A stretch of DNA of 64,000 nucleotides from Bugula neritina (taxonomy: Eukaryota > Animalia > Bryozoa): positions 19,203,700 through 19,267,699 of the forward strand of contig OZ037768.1 of assembly GCA_964035545.1 (NCBI GenBank). The letters are read 5' to 3'. Under the pieces are notes generated by a model, which saw nothing but the letters and a program-made list of their open reading frames with translations, searched no databases and was not told the origin of the DNA. Positions 52,501 to 64,000 of the stretch are shown in pieces (positions within the stretch are counted from its first letter, which is position 1; the number at the start of each line of letters is the position of its first letter). A program made the translations under genes and the position numbers.

Positions 52501-54624
52501 CATATTATTATTTTTAATTATTATTATTATCACTATCAGTAGCAAATAAATAATTTTATATTTGTTATTAGTTACTACTTATAGAAATTGAGTGCCACAG
52601 CTTGAGGGTTATAAAGTCAGTCTTAGTCAATGTAATGGGGATGCTGATACTGACATTTGGCTTCGAGCTCATAGTTAAATTGCTAACAACTATACCTAAG
52701 GATAACAGGAGTATTAAAATGTTAATTTATAATGATTATAACCTTAGAGTGGAGATATTATTCTCAATTTATTTAGTTTTTACTTTACTAATTTTTATTT
52801 TATTCATCAACCTTACTGTCTATTTAAATAGCAAACTAAAGAATAATTATGAAGGCCTTTGAATTGAAGTACTTTTCTGTAGCTGATTAGATTTCAAGTA
52901 TTAAAATAACATACTAAGACAGAATACCATTATATGAGCTAGATTAATAAAGTAAAGAAGATTTCTTTGTTAATCAAAATATAGGTGTCACATATGCCTA
53001 TTTTTAAGATTATGTTCTTATATGTGCTGTCTTTTTAATATTTTTAAAGTGCTACATTTTGAGGGTACATCAATATGACTGCCCTGTAATTGCTTGTCAA
53101 CTATAAGAGTTAGACCTATAAACTGTCTCATTTTCAAATTATCTTTACTTTTCTAATTGATGTTAACATGACTATTCCTATTAGTATTTTGGTGTTTACC
53201 ATTAGTAATGTTTGAACTAACATCAATATCATTGTTAATTTGTCTAATTATTCAAATTTTAATATTCATCATTTGTGAACAGTAATAAAATTTTGTCTTT
53301 CTTAAATTAATGTGATGCTAGATTAGCTACTCTAGCAAGTGTGTATTGTGCAATGAGTACTAATGCCATATTTTTGCACTTCTTGTTCTATATAATTTAG
53401 ATTTAAGGTAATAATTCCTAAAGCTATCACATAATGCTGCTATCAGTTATAAAGATGTCACTGATCCAAACATTGAAAACCAGCTGAGTGCATGCAAGGT
53501 TGAAAACTTATTTTCTCTGGTTAGGTAAGCAGAAAGGTATTTGCTGTAATTTACAACTATTTTGTTTTCAACATCCTTGATGTTCATCTCTAAAAGATAA
53601 GTAGCACATAATGGTACCTGTTTTACTTAGCAGAAGAAATTATTGTCAAAGCTCTATTACTACATTTTAAATTGTATGACACTCTTTTGACTACAGTTGA
53701 TTTCATATCTCAAATAATTATATTTCTGACTCATGAAACTGTAACCACACACTTGAGAACAAAATAAATAATGATATGGAAGCTTTCTTTAACTTTGTCA
53801 ATTTAGTCAACAGCCAATGACTGAAAACATGTTTTGTACACTATTGATTGCCTCTCTATTTCCGCTATAAGGCAGAAACTTTAATCTCAAAATTTAAGAC
53901 ACTGGCAATTCTTCCCAATAATACGTTCAAAACAAATATTTTTTGCCAAGTAATATAGTATTTAATTATATTTTTTAGTCAAAGAAATTTGTTTGGTTTC
54001 TTGTGTCATCTTGAATAGCTTGTTATTCATTATCTTTTTCTTCGTGTTATGACTATGAGTGTATATAACCTTTGCTGACAGGTTTTTCCCCCATCACTAT
54101 ATGTTTCTCTGTTTACTCTCTAACAGTTTTATTTCCGTTCATTTTTTAGAGTTTACTAAAATGACATGGGTGTGCTTTGTTGTGGCTCCTAATTGAGCGC
54201 ATCCGTTGAGATTATTGGAAGTTTTGTTGAAACTGAGCTGAGGCCTCTTACTCCTAAAGGCAAGAATTTGAGTCATCTTAGCTACTTGTAGCATATCAAC
54301 ATCGAACAGCACCATTCCATTACTCTAAGCTTAAGGTTTTGGCTGCATTAGATCAACAGGTAAGTTTAATAGTTTGTATTTCGTACACTATTTCATGATG
54401 TCTGTTCAGCATTTACTTGGTAGCACACATTTATAGATTTTGCATTCTTTTAGTTTTTTGCAGTACAACTTTTCTACGCAACTATTACACTGTTGTTGCT
54501 GTTAATTGTAGTTTATTCTGCTTGACCATGCAATTATTGAATTATGTTGCAAAGGTGATTGAGTCCTTTTATTTAATTTAGTACACACTGGAAATCTGCA
54601 GTTTTTAGCCATTTTTACAATTTA

Positions 54625-54915
54625 GCTGCTAATGAACAATGCTTTTTGCTTAAAATTAGTGAGACATCAAGAAATACACCTAAATAATCAAGGTTCTTCT
54701 TAGTTTTGCATGATTTCTCATGTTTTTTCCTATTTATTCATTTCATTTGGATTGCCTACTGTTACAAACTAACCGTGGCGATCCCCAGTCAGAAGTTGCT
54801 GTAATTAGAAAAAAGCATAGGAAATCAAAGAAAATTAAAAAGAGCCTTGATTATTTAGGTGTATTTAATAATATTTTTTTAGTTTCGGGCCAAAACTCAT
54901 ACGTTCATTAGCAAA
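54625..54915. mobile_element. MITE-like element with long imperfect inverted repeats
   Basis: aaatacacctaaataatcaagg (~54672-54693) is the reverse complement of ccttgattatttaggtgtattt (~54846-54867); outer gctaatgaac/gttcattagc pair. Confidence 0.7.
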
Positions 54916-56029
54916 AACTTGAGATCTTCAGTATGTACTAACCTAAATAAAATGAACCAATTGCAGTAAATTTCTGCATTTTCTAATACTTCTTAAATTT
55001 ACACCTAAAATAGTGCTGTTTTAAGAAAATGACACTAGCTGCTGTTTTCATGTATGTGCCCCAATTGTATATAATGCTGTTGATTTGTTTAGTGCTTTTT
55101 CTATTTGTTTGTTATATAACTTTTCTTTTATGGTTGTTGCCAGCACCTAAAGCATTATTCGTTAGTGTCAATTAATTTCTACTCACAGTTTTACTGTTAC
55201 ATAGTTTATAAAACCCTTGTGTCAACTTTTCTAGATATCCTGGTTAAAATTGTTCCACTTGATGAATGGCATAGGGCATATGCAATAGCAAAACAGTTGC
55301 AGGCTGTTTTGGAAAAAAAATTGTACATATAACCTTTATTTTATACATGTTATTTAGGCTTTGGTAGAACTGTTGGAGAGCCTTCCTCTTGAATAAAGCT
55401 ACTCAACTTCCCGGATTCTACTTTATTGACATTAACCTACTACCTACAAAACGCCTTGAAATTTAGCTAATAAATTATGTATTTTGTGATTTTTTTTAAA
55501 TGTACAATGTTATGTATAAAATACAATCAGTTTATATATATATATAGGCCTACATATCTTTTACTACTTAGTATTACAGTGTAAAAAGCAGTTCAGGGTT
55601 AACAATTTAATTAATTGGCCCTAACAGTAATTATGTATAATACAGATTTGCAGATGCTTTAAATGAACCCAAAAAGCTGATGTTGTTAAACAGTGTACAA
55701 AATAGTCACCTCATATCAGCCAGACATGCTTAGTCATTACCTAGCATTAAAATCATATTATGAATGCAGTCAAGTTTTGATATGCATCCCTATTATTGAT
55801 AGTTTGTGAACCAGCAATTAAATATCAAGAAGCAATATTACTAACCAATGTGCTGGTTAAAGAGTTTCAAGTTGTAGTTATAGTATCAAACTATTATAAT
55901 GGCATAAAAACTATCAGTTAAAACATCTTATTAATATTTACTACAGGAATACATATTATAGGTGTGCTAAAAATCTGGTAGAAGCATCAATTATTTTAGA
56001 TGTTTTGGATTTAGTATCTCTGTACTATA

Positions 56030-56240
56030 ATGTAATATACAGAACATCAGGTGCTGTCTCCACAGTGCATTGATGGCACTAATGAATATTAATACATGCA
56101 GGCAGTGTTGGTAATGATTTATTGAAATAGGAGTTTAAAAACTGTTTAAACAACAATGAAAAGCCTGAGATTAGTCCAAGGAGAGGGGTATTTCAATCTA
56201 GCAGATGAGCAATATAGATGCGAAAGTCTTGCCTAAAAAT
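56030..56240 (+). mobile_element. Possible Penelope-like element remnant (GIY-YIG C-terminus plus hammerhead-like motif)
   Basis: Degraded pieces resembling SAV..H, (W)FERGVKEA and EKPxxNxRGG, then cagatga-gca-atataga-tgc-gaaa. Confidence 0.35.
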
Positions 56241-59200
56241 CATTATTTTTATATCTAGTCATTAATTTCTTGCAATAGATCTATTTCACTATTGAGAAGA
56301 ACAAAATTAGCTAGTAAACACTGTAATAGAGTCAAGGCACTTTGGCAGTGCTAATTTAAAATAAACCTGGGATAGTCGAATAGCAGAAGTACTTTTTGAT
56401 GCATAATATAATTATGTAGCCTACAGCTTAAGATTTTGCAATACTGTGTTTTCAGTGCGATATTAATTTCAATAGCTACATTAAAATAATGTACAATTCT
56501 AGCAAGTGATGCAAAATCTTCTAAGATGCTATGACTGTAGCAGTTTGCTACTAGTCTCAAGTAACAAACCAAATAGCCTTTCTTTGTGCCATCATCCAAA
56601 TGCCAAACAAATAACTCATTCACTCTGTAACAACAAGGTGGTCTCCCAAGTAGATTGTTAGACATTTCAGGCATTAATAACCAAAAGCTTTTCACTTTGG
56701 CATAATTGTATAGTTACCCAGCTAAATAAATAATGTATTCATGGTATTGTAATTCCAAGCCATGCATTTATCTGTGAATGCAGCTAAGTATTTAATACGG
56801 CCATATATTTATGTACTATGTAGCAATGCCTAATGTAGCTGTCAAGCTTCTACTTATACTCATTTTACTGATGCTTTACTTCTGATTACATGATTACAAA
56901 CATAGCAGTTCAAACAAAATTATTTTAGATAGGAATAAATATAATGCTCCTAGCAAATGTTGTAAAACTATTTTCCAAAAACATATACTTTGCAAACAAA
57001 CTTTTCAGAAAGTTATAATGCATTTATCATATTATTGTTTCATTTAAAAGTTATAATGATAGAATATTATACTTAAAACACACTCAAATTTTTAGATTCT
57101 TGTAATATTGTTAAACAAGAGTTAACAGTAAGATTGGCTGTAGAGTAGAATGTTTAGCTGTTTGTACTGAAGCTAACAAGTAACTGGCATTAAAAAGAGA
57201 TGTAGATAAAAAGTGACAGAATAACAACTGGCTTGTATATTGGTAGTGCAAAAAGCTGTATATAACAGTTTAAACAAATACCCATTAGAATAAATGGTAA
57301 CCCAGTACTTAAAATGTGGTATGTCATAATACATATTTGTGGTGTATTGACTAGGCTAGATCAACACATAGCACTATATAATTGCTTTAGTATTTACAAT
57401 TAGTTTGTGGTCTGGTGGGATTTGTTGATAGCCATTGTCTTTATTAACATAACAGTTTCATAAAATTAGCAGTTTTCCTTATTCACCTAGTTAATTTTTA
57501 AGATTTATGTACAATATTTACATATTAGGATATAAAAAATATCTTCAACCAGTGAATATCAAAATAATGATTAAAGACATATTTTACGTCATATTTTTGT
57601 GGCAATCTAAATAATAAGCTGGTCTAAATTGTACTTGTGCAAACAGAACCAGCTCATGAATATATGTTGTCTTTTTTTAACTTGACAGTTAATCTAATAT
57701 GGATGTGTATTTTATACTTGCTTTTGTGTTTAAGGTGATAAAATTGCACTGGTAAGGTAAATAAACATTGCTTGTTTGGCATGCTTTTGCGTGGCATTGC
57801 ATATTATGCTAAACTAATGGCCAGTTTTGCAGTAGCTTCACCATAACCTTCAAAAGAATGCAAATATCATCTAATTATTGTAAGCTTTTTAAGTTAATTT
57901 GTCTAGCTATAAACACATGTAAAACTATTAGGCTATTCCAATTTCACGATATACATAGCTCTATAATTCTGAAAAACTGCTAGGTAGAGTGGAAATTAAA
58001 CATGATCTATTCATTGCTAAAGTATTACAGCTATGAATAATATATATGTGATTACCTGAGTGATATCACAATCTTCACTTGCTAAGTTAGTTTAAATACA
58101 GGAAAAAAAATTAATCTGGAGAAAGATTATATATGAGAAGCTGTTTTTGTAATAATTTCCTGCTCTAGGGTGATTTAGAAGAATTGTTTTAATGCAAAAC
58201 TTTTGCATACATGAGTTGAATAAAATCATTGAGAGTTTTATGAAGGTCTATTTGTGTATAGGTAGCCCTAATGCATGTCACAACTCAAGTTTTTAGATTT
58301 TATGTAATTTGTGGTGCAAAGTTGCAAATAAAAACCTTATTTTAATAATACTTAGACATATGCAAGCAATAAAGATAATGAAAAAAATGCTATAGTTGCT
58401 AATTAGCTAATATTACTTGCATATGATGCAAATATTTGTATGCATGCATGTTTAGTTTATTAGCATTGGTTAGATATAATTGAATATATAGATTTGATGT
58501 GGAAATTGAAGATAATCAATATGTTGTGTTCTATATACAACAACAGTTTTTACATTGGTTTGTTAATTACTTCATAAATCATTTATTACTTCATGCAATA
58601 TTTGTTCCTGCAATTTTGCAGAGTGGCAAAATGCATTTCAAAGACATATATTAAGTGATTCTAATTATACTAGAATTTTCAAACCAAGAATTTTTGGGGA
58701 GTTTTCTTCTTCCTAAGACATATGTGGCAATTGAACACATAATAAGTTGTGGGCTACAACTCCTTTATATAACCTTGCAAGAAATTATGCAGCCATTTAA
58801 ATAGAAAAGGAATTATTGAATTTATTTATTCAACATTATTAGTATTTTATAAATATTTGTTGCATTTAATTAATGAGCATAAAATTTGTTTTACAAATAC
58901 TGTAATTAACAGCATGGTAAAAATATATTATATATACTTGTATATATTTTGTATTGTATTAGATTTAGGCTACATTGCTAATTAAAATGAGTTAATGGCT
59001 AAGTTTAAATATCTTCGACTTATAGATTACATTTTTATGTGCTATAAAAATTTAACTCGTTTGTTACGACATTTCTCCATGCATAAAAGCAAAACTTACG
59101 GCAAGAAATCCTTAGCTAGAAAGATAAATAATAATTTACTTTAATTACATCAAAAGCTAATATCAGCAAGCATTCTATAAATAATGGGAATTTACCTAGT

Positions 59201-61062
59201 GTAATTTTTCTTAAACTAGCTAAGCTTGCTTGGTACTTTAATAAGTTTATTGGCATAGTGTATTATGTTATACTTATATATTTTTAAGACTTTAAGGAAA
59301 ATGATGTTTTAGCTGCGTTATTCCTAATGCAAGCCTTATAAATTTACAATATATACTAAAATATTATATTTTTAATTAGAAAGAAAACAAATTACTTTCA
59401 TAAACTTATAATTATTGCATTCTGTTATTGTTAATTGCTAGAATAACAAATTGAACACGGCATATGCTTCCCTAACCAGATGCTTTTAAACGGATTAAAA
59501 ATAATTTGTCAATTTCTAATTATGAGGAACAAACTCCTCAGTAGTTTCTACATTTGCGCATGATTTTATCAAGATAGGCTTGCTTTTGTGTCAACCTGTA
59601 GCCAGTGCAACTATACTTTATGTAACGAGTAAAACAGACTCATTTCAAAGTACACAGTCTAAAGGGTAGGAATTACTACAAAGAAAAGTGCCGGTTAAAA
59701 GTTAATTATAATTGGAAATAAGGTGAAATATCAGTCAGAAATTAAAAAGTGTCAACTAAAAAGGTGTATTGTTATTTCTTTTTGGCTTAATGAAAATGTT
59801 TTTTGAGGAAGAAGTACGAGAAACATCTAGGAGGGGTTCATATCCACCACTGGCGACTACCTGTTTATTGATGAAGAACTATCCAATGACAGTACAGTAT
59901 TATGGTCTTTTGCCTTATAATTGGCTTTGATTTTTTTATGTCTAATTACGAGATACTAAACAGATGCAAAGTATGTTGTGCATAGGCAGTTTTTTTATGT
60001 CTCTAAACAACATTCTAGGAAAATATATACTGATATTTTCATATGTCTTTATTTATTCATAAAGTAACTTATTTTCCACTGAGGTTTTTTTACAACAATC
60101 ATGTATTATTATATACACAAACATAACATACAGAAATTAGGAAAAGGATATATATCGAATCAAATAATTGAAAACTATTAGATGATGATAAATTGATAAG
60201 TAAACTTTATAAATTTTAAATTGCAGTGTTTCTTATATAAAAAGAATAAATAAAAAAATGTAACCACACAATTTACCAGGGCTATTTACAGAGTTGTAAT
60301 TGCATTTGCTTGTGAATGTGTAATTATATGCATGCAGCATTTTGTTCAAATTTAGTAGTTTTTTTAATTGTTGCCACTATTGATTTTCTTTTATGCTTAA
60401 TATGTATCTGCTATATAATAATTAAAAGCAGACATGCAGGAATTTTCATAGGGCAACTTTTGCAGGTGACATGCAATAAAAGTTTTTTTTTGAAATTTAG
60501 CTTTTTATTTTAGTCAAATGGTGCAGTCAAAAAGTTTAGTAAATTTGTTATTATAAGATATAACATGACTAATCATAACTATAAGTACAAGTATCTGACT
60601 TAATCTCGGAAGAATAACTTTTTAATCAAACTACTTAAACACTAAAGTAAACTCTTGTATATTAATAGAACTTGTTCATCTTATTTGCACTGCTTAAGAT
60701 GGTAAATTAGAGAGCAATAAATGGGCATCAGTAAAATTAAAGTAAGGATAAAAAGGCTAAATTGAAACTTAATGTTAACAGCTAAGAAAACTCATATAAA
60801 ACATGCTATAAACGCTATTAAAATATTTACATAGATAATTTTTGTCCATTTCAAATTTGAAACTATACTTTATTGATCAATGAAATTTAAGAATTGTAAT
60901 AAATGCCACCTTTGTAAAATAAATTGTAAAATGTTATAAATTAGTCATAAAATCAATTATAGCAGTAAAATCAATTCCCATTAGCAGCAGCTATAAAAAC
61001 ATCTCAGCTTTTTTAAGGCAGCTTGTTTTACGCTAAACTTCTGTACTCACAGACACATCAGC

Positions 61063-63888
61063 ATGACCAACTCTGTAACAATTCTTTTACTCGTGACACT
61101 TAGTTTCTCAATAGCTATTGGTCAACATGTATCAGCCATGTTTGCGATGAGCAGTGGAAATGAAGAAGAAAATCTAGAGTCGAGTCTAACTTGGCATCAT
61201 GAAATTAAGAGTAAGTAAAGATGTACTCAAATAGGGAGTAAGTAAAAACGTACTCAAGTAGAGAGTAAGTAAAGACGTACTCAAATAGGGAGTAAGTAAA
61301 GACGTACTCAAATAGAGAATAAATTCTTATGTCTTTTAGTTTATTGACAATCCTCATTAAAGTGATGCTTAACTTGGTTTTTATTTACGTACTACTGGTT
61401 ATTAATAACAAAAGTTCTTTATGAATAGCTATATTTTAACTGCCATGGCTGCGCTATGTAAGTATAACATTCAATTAGCATGATTATGCCTATTTATATG
61501 CCATAGATATTAACTTCAGCTATCTATTGTGTTTTAATTTCATGTGATATATATTTAAAGCTTAACTTGGAGTTTTTGTAGACATATTGATTTTTATATT
61601 ATAGTACTGCTGGAGCATAAAAATATTTGCAATTAAAAGATGGATTCAAATTTGTTCAACTTATACTTATGCAATCATAAATTTTTACTCCATGCAGTTG
61701 GTCTGATGTTGATATATTATTGCTTATTATATAAATTATGAGCATAAAAATTGACAATTTCTTATATTCATGACCATGAGGTGGTACAATTATGTTGAAA
61801 TACAGAATTGTTTATATAAATATAATAAACTGACCTATAATAAATAATTAGTTGTACAGTATATATCACGCTTTAGTTTTTTATGTTTTGCACAAAGTAG
61901 TGATATAAAAGTCATGTAAATATATGGGCTGATGAAGAATAATTTTGTTTTATAGTAGTTTATTTAAAGTTCATCAAACTACTCTCGGATAAACAAATTC
62001 AAATCATACAAAGGTATACTCTCACATTATATTATGTAATTGTATGAACGGCATACTACTATATAATGTATAATTATGTTATGGGCATACTGTTACCTTA
62101 TATATTTGTATTATTATTATTATAGTATTATATTATATGCAGTGCCAGCAAAAAGTATGAAATATTTCACTCGTAAACAACTTTTGAACTGTTGGTCATA
62201 TTTAAACTGCCCTAGCAAGATTTAGGATTGGGTTTTTGTTGCACATTTTTATAATTTGTTATCTTATGCATTGAAAAGATGATATGTGATATAATTTTGG
62301 GTCTTACATAGTGTCTATAACCCTCATTTTAAAAGGAACAGTGAAACAACATTGCTAAGCGTTCATCAATGAAAAGAGCAGTTTTAGGGCGAATGAGTCT
62401 GTAAAACGCTTTAAACAGATAAAAATCCTTAAGCACTTTGCAGTATCTCAATTGAAGCTTTGTCTAAAACATTAAAAAATTAAAAATAGGCTTCTCATTT
62501 CCGAGTAAAACAGCTAAACTCAAAATGATAGGCCACCTTAGGTCAGCCCACAGACACCCCGCCTGAATTGGCGTATGGTAACTGGCAAAGACCCAACCAT
62601 TTCATCACCAGATGATATTTCTACACTGAATCTAACTGGAAAAGTGGCAGCTTGACCAATTAGACATCATGATCTAAGCAAATTGAAGCTCAGAGCTTAT
62701 AAACTAGCTTAAGTAAGCAGCTGATGTGGGCTATAAAGAACATGGCCAACCATGTGGGTTCTGTCATAAATACAAATATTGGTCAGTTCCAGAGGTTAAG
62801 ATCACAGAAAACTCTTGGTAAATAATAAAGAAGCAAATGGTTGAAACCAACCCTGAGTCACTTAGTGACTTAGTGGCAAAAATAAAAAAAAATTGATGAA
62901 AAGACATACACGTGGGTACTGCGATAAGCTTGCTGAGTCCGCACCAAAACGTAATTTTAACAGGGGTCCTGGCAAAAAATACTGATTAGTGCCTACACAA
63001 AATTTGATATTGATAACATTTAAACAATATTTATTTTACTGCTTTGCTACTTTTCTTGTTGTAAAAGGTCTATGAAACTCCAAATAAACCCATATTTCTT
63101 ACAACTTGAATTGTTAGGTTTTTAATCTAATTATTCTAGACTTTTTGCCGGCACTGTAACTATTTTCTGGGCATATTATTACAGTAAACTGCAGATTGAA
63201 TTGCGCCGGTTCTTGCTTACAAAATAGTAACTGCTTAGCATTTGCTTATGGTGAGAGTTCAGAGATGTGCAAACTTTCTATCTGTGATGATGATGTACCA
63301 GTACTCAGTGACAGTGACAGTGCTGGTAAGGAAAGTTGGAGTGTTGGGGAATTGGTGAGTCACATTTTACTATAATCAGTTTAAAAAGAAATATATAATC
63401 TAAAGGACAATGTAAATTTGCATAAAGTTATTTTAATTTAAACCAAGCTTTAAACTGCTTTTTCAGTATTGCTTTACAATCACTTTTAAAGAAATATGGA
63501 TACTTTTAAACAATTATTCATAAACAAGCGATTTAAAATAAGTTTTGAACTTACTGCCAAAGAAGTAACAACTATAGTACAAATAACTTCTTCTGATATG
63601 ACAACTCCTATACGACTTTCTATATATTATATTATTATTTCTCCTATCATTATACTATGGAATTGGTTTTTGTTCTTAAATAAATAATTTAAAATGTAAT
63701 AAATGTCAATTAAAAATGTATATTTGTCTTCACAGTCAAACCTTTAACTTGACTATCAAGAATTAATATCAAACAGTTGATGATAATAAAAATATGAAAA
63801 TTTTTGTTATAAACTTACCTATATATACTCATTCAGGTACTTAGTGAGCCAATGAGATGTGCTGACTGGTTTAAGACAAAGTATCAAG
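61063..63888 (+). CDS. Secreted protein with PAN/Apple domain and probable start of a fibrinogen C-terminal domain (partial, continues off the right edge)
   Basis: Exon 61063-61210 with signal peptide MTNSVTILLLVTLSFSIAIGQ; exon 63195-63354 LNCAGSCLQNSNCLAFAYGESSEMCKL (PAN Cys pattern); exon 63837-63888 PMRCADWFKTKYQG (like FReD-start PxDCxD). Phases require one more short exon between 61210 and 63195 (candidate ~61959-62012), not resolved. Confidence 0.65.
61211..61318 (+). repeat. 27-bp tandem repeat x4 starting exactly at a 5' splice site
   Basis: gtaagtaaagatgtactcaaataggga units at 61211, 61238, 61265, 61292. Confidence 0.9.
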
Positions 63889-64000
63889 GTATGCACTTGT
63901 TACTTTAGCATTCTGCTATAAATAAAACTGTTGATGATAGTGGCAGAAGAATATGTATTAAAGTGACCATCACTTAATATTGATTATTGCAAAAATTATA

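Larger units (their letters stand above)
47700..55450 (+). ncRNA. Putative spliced transcript divergent from the above, no long ORF
   Basis: Candidate donor at 47782; exons 53447-53524 (AG|gtaagc), 54150-54359 (CAG|gtaagt) and one starting at 55358. The 54150 exon has stops in all frames. Confidence 0.3.

Noticed and set aside
52602-52862. Hydrophobic 86-aa ORF (also 37014-37319, 63496-63687)
   Set aside because: Periodic AT-rich tracts are stop-poor in one frame; no splice or motif support.

Overview
AT-rich, intron-containing animal genomic DNA, probably an invertebrate (lineage not determinable from sequence alone). The left 27 kb holds a minus-strand YTHDC2-type DEAH RNA helicase gene. 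I reconstructed 29 coding exons by hand with every intron phase consistent (1386 codons in the window; the last exon lies beyond position 1). Its helicase motifs are intact but its YTH domain looks degenerate at m6A/RNA-binding positions. Its 5.1-kb intron (10584-15707) holds an antisense nested 4-exon gene (363 aa) with a PLD/Nuc/Zucchini-like pattern and an eroded HKD motif. Next come two tandem, highly diverged MS4A/CD20-like four-TM genes with identical exon phases (28879-33394, 34529-39257). After these are a putative bidirectional promoter at ~47.6-47.8 kb with two poorly coding spliced transcripts, a decayed R4/Dong-type retrotransposon in a (TAA)n tract, and the start of a secreted PAN/Apple plus probable fibrinogen-domain gene at the right end. 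Repeats include tRNA-derived SINEs, a MITE and mini/microsatellites. Two patterns are not explained by this annotation: kb-scale 6-bp-phased (ANT-NNN) tracts near putative promoters, and three independent minisatellites built from 5' splice sites. All calls are by eye; no searches were run.
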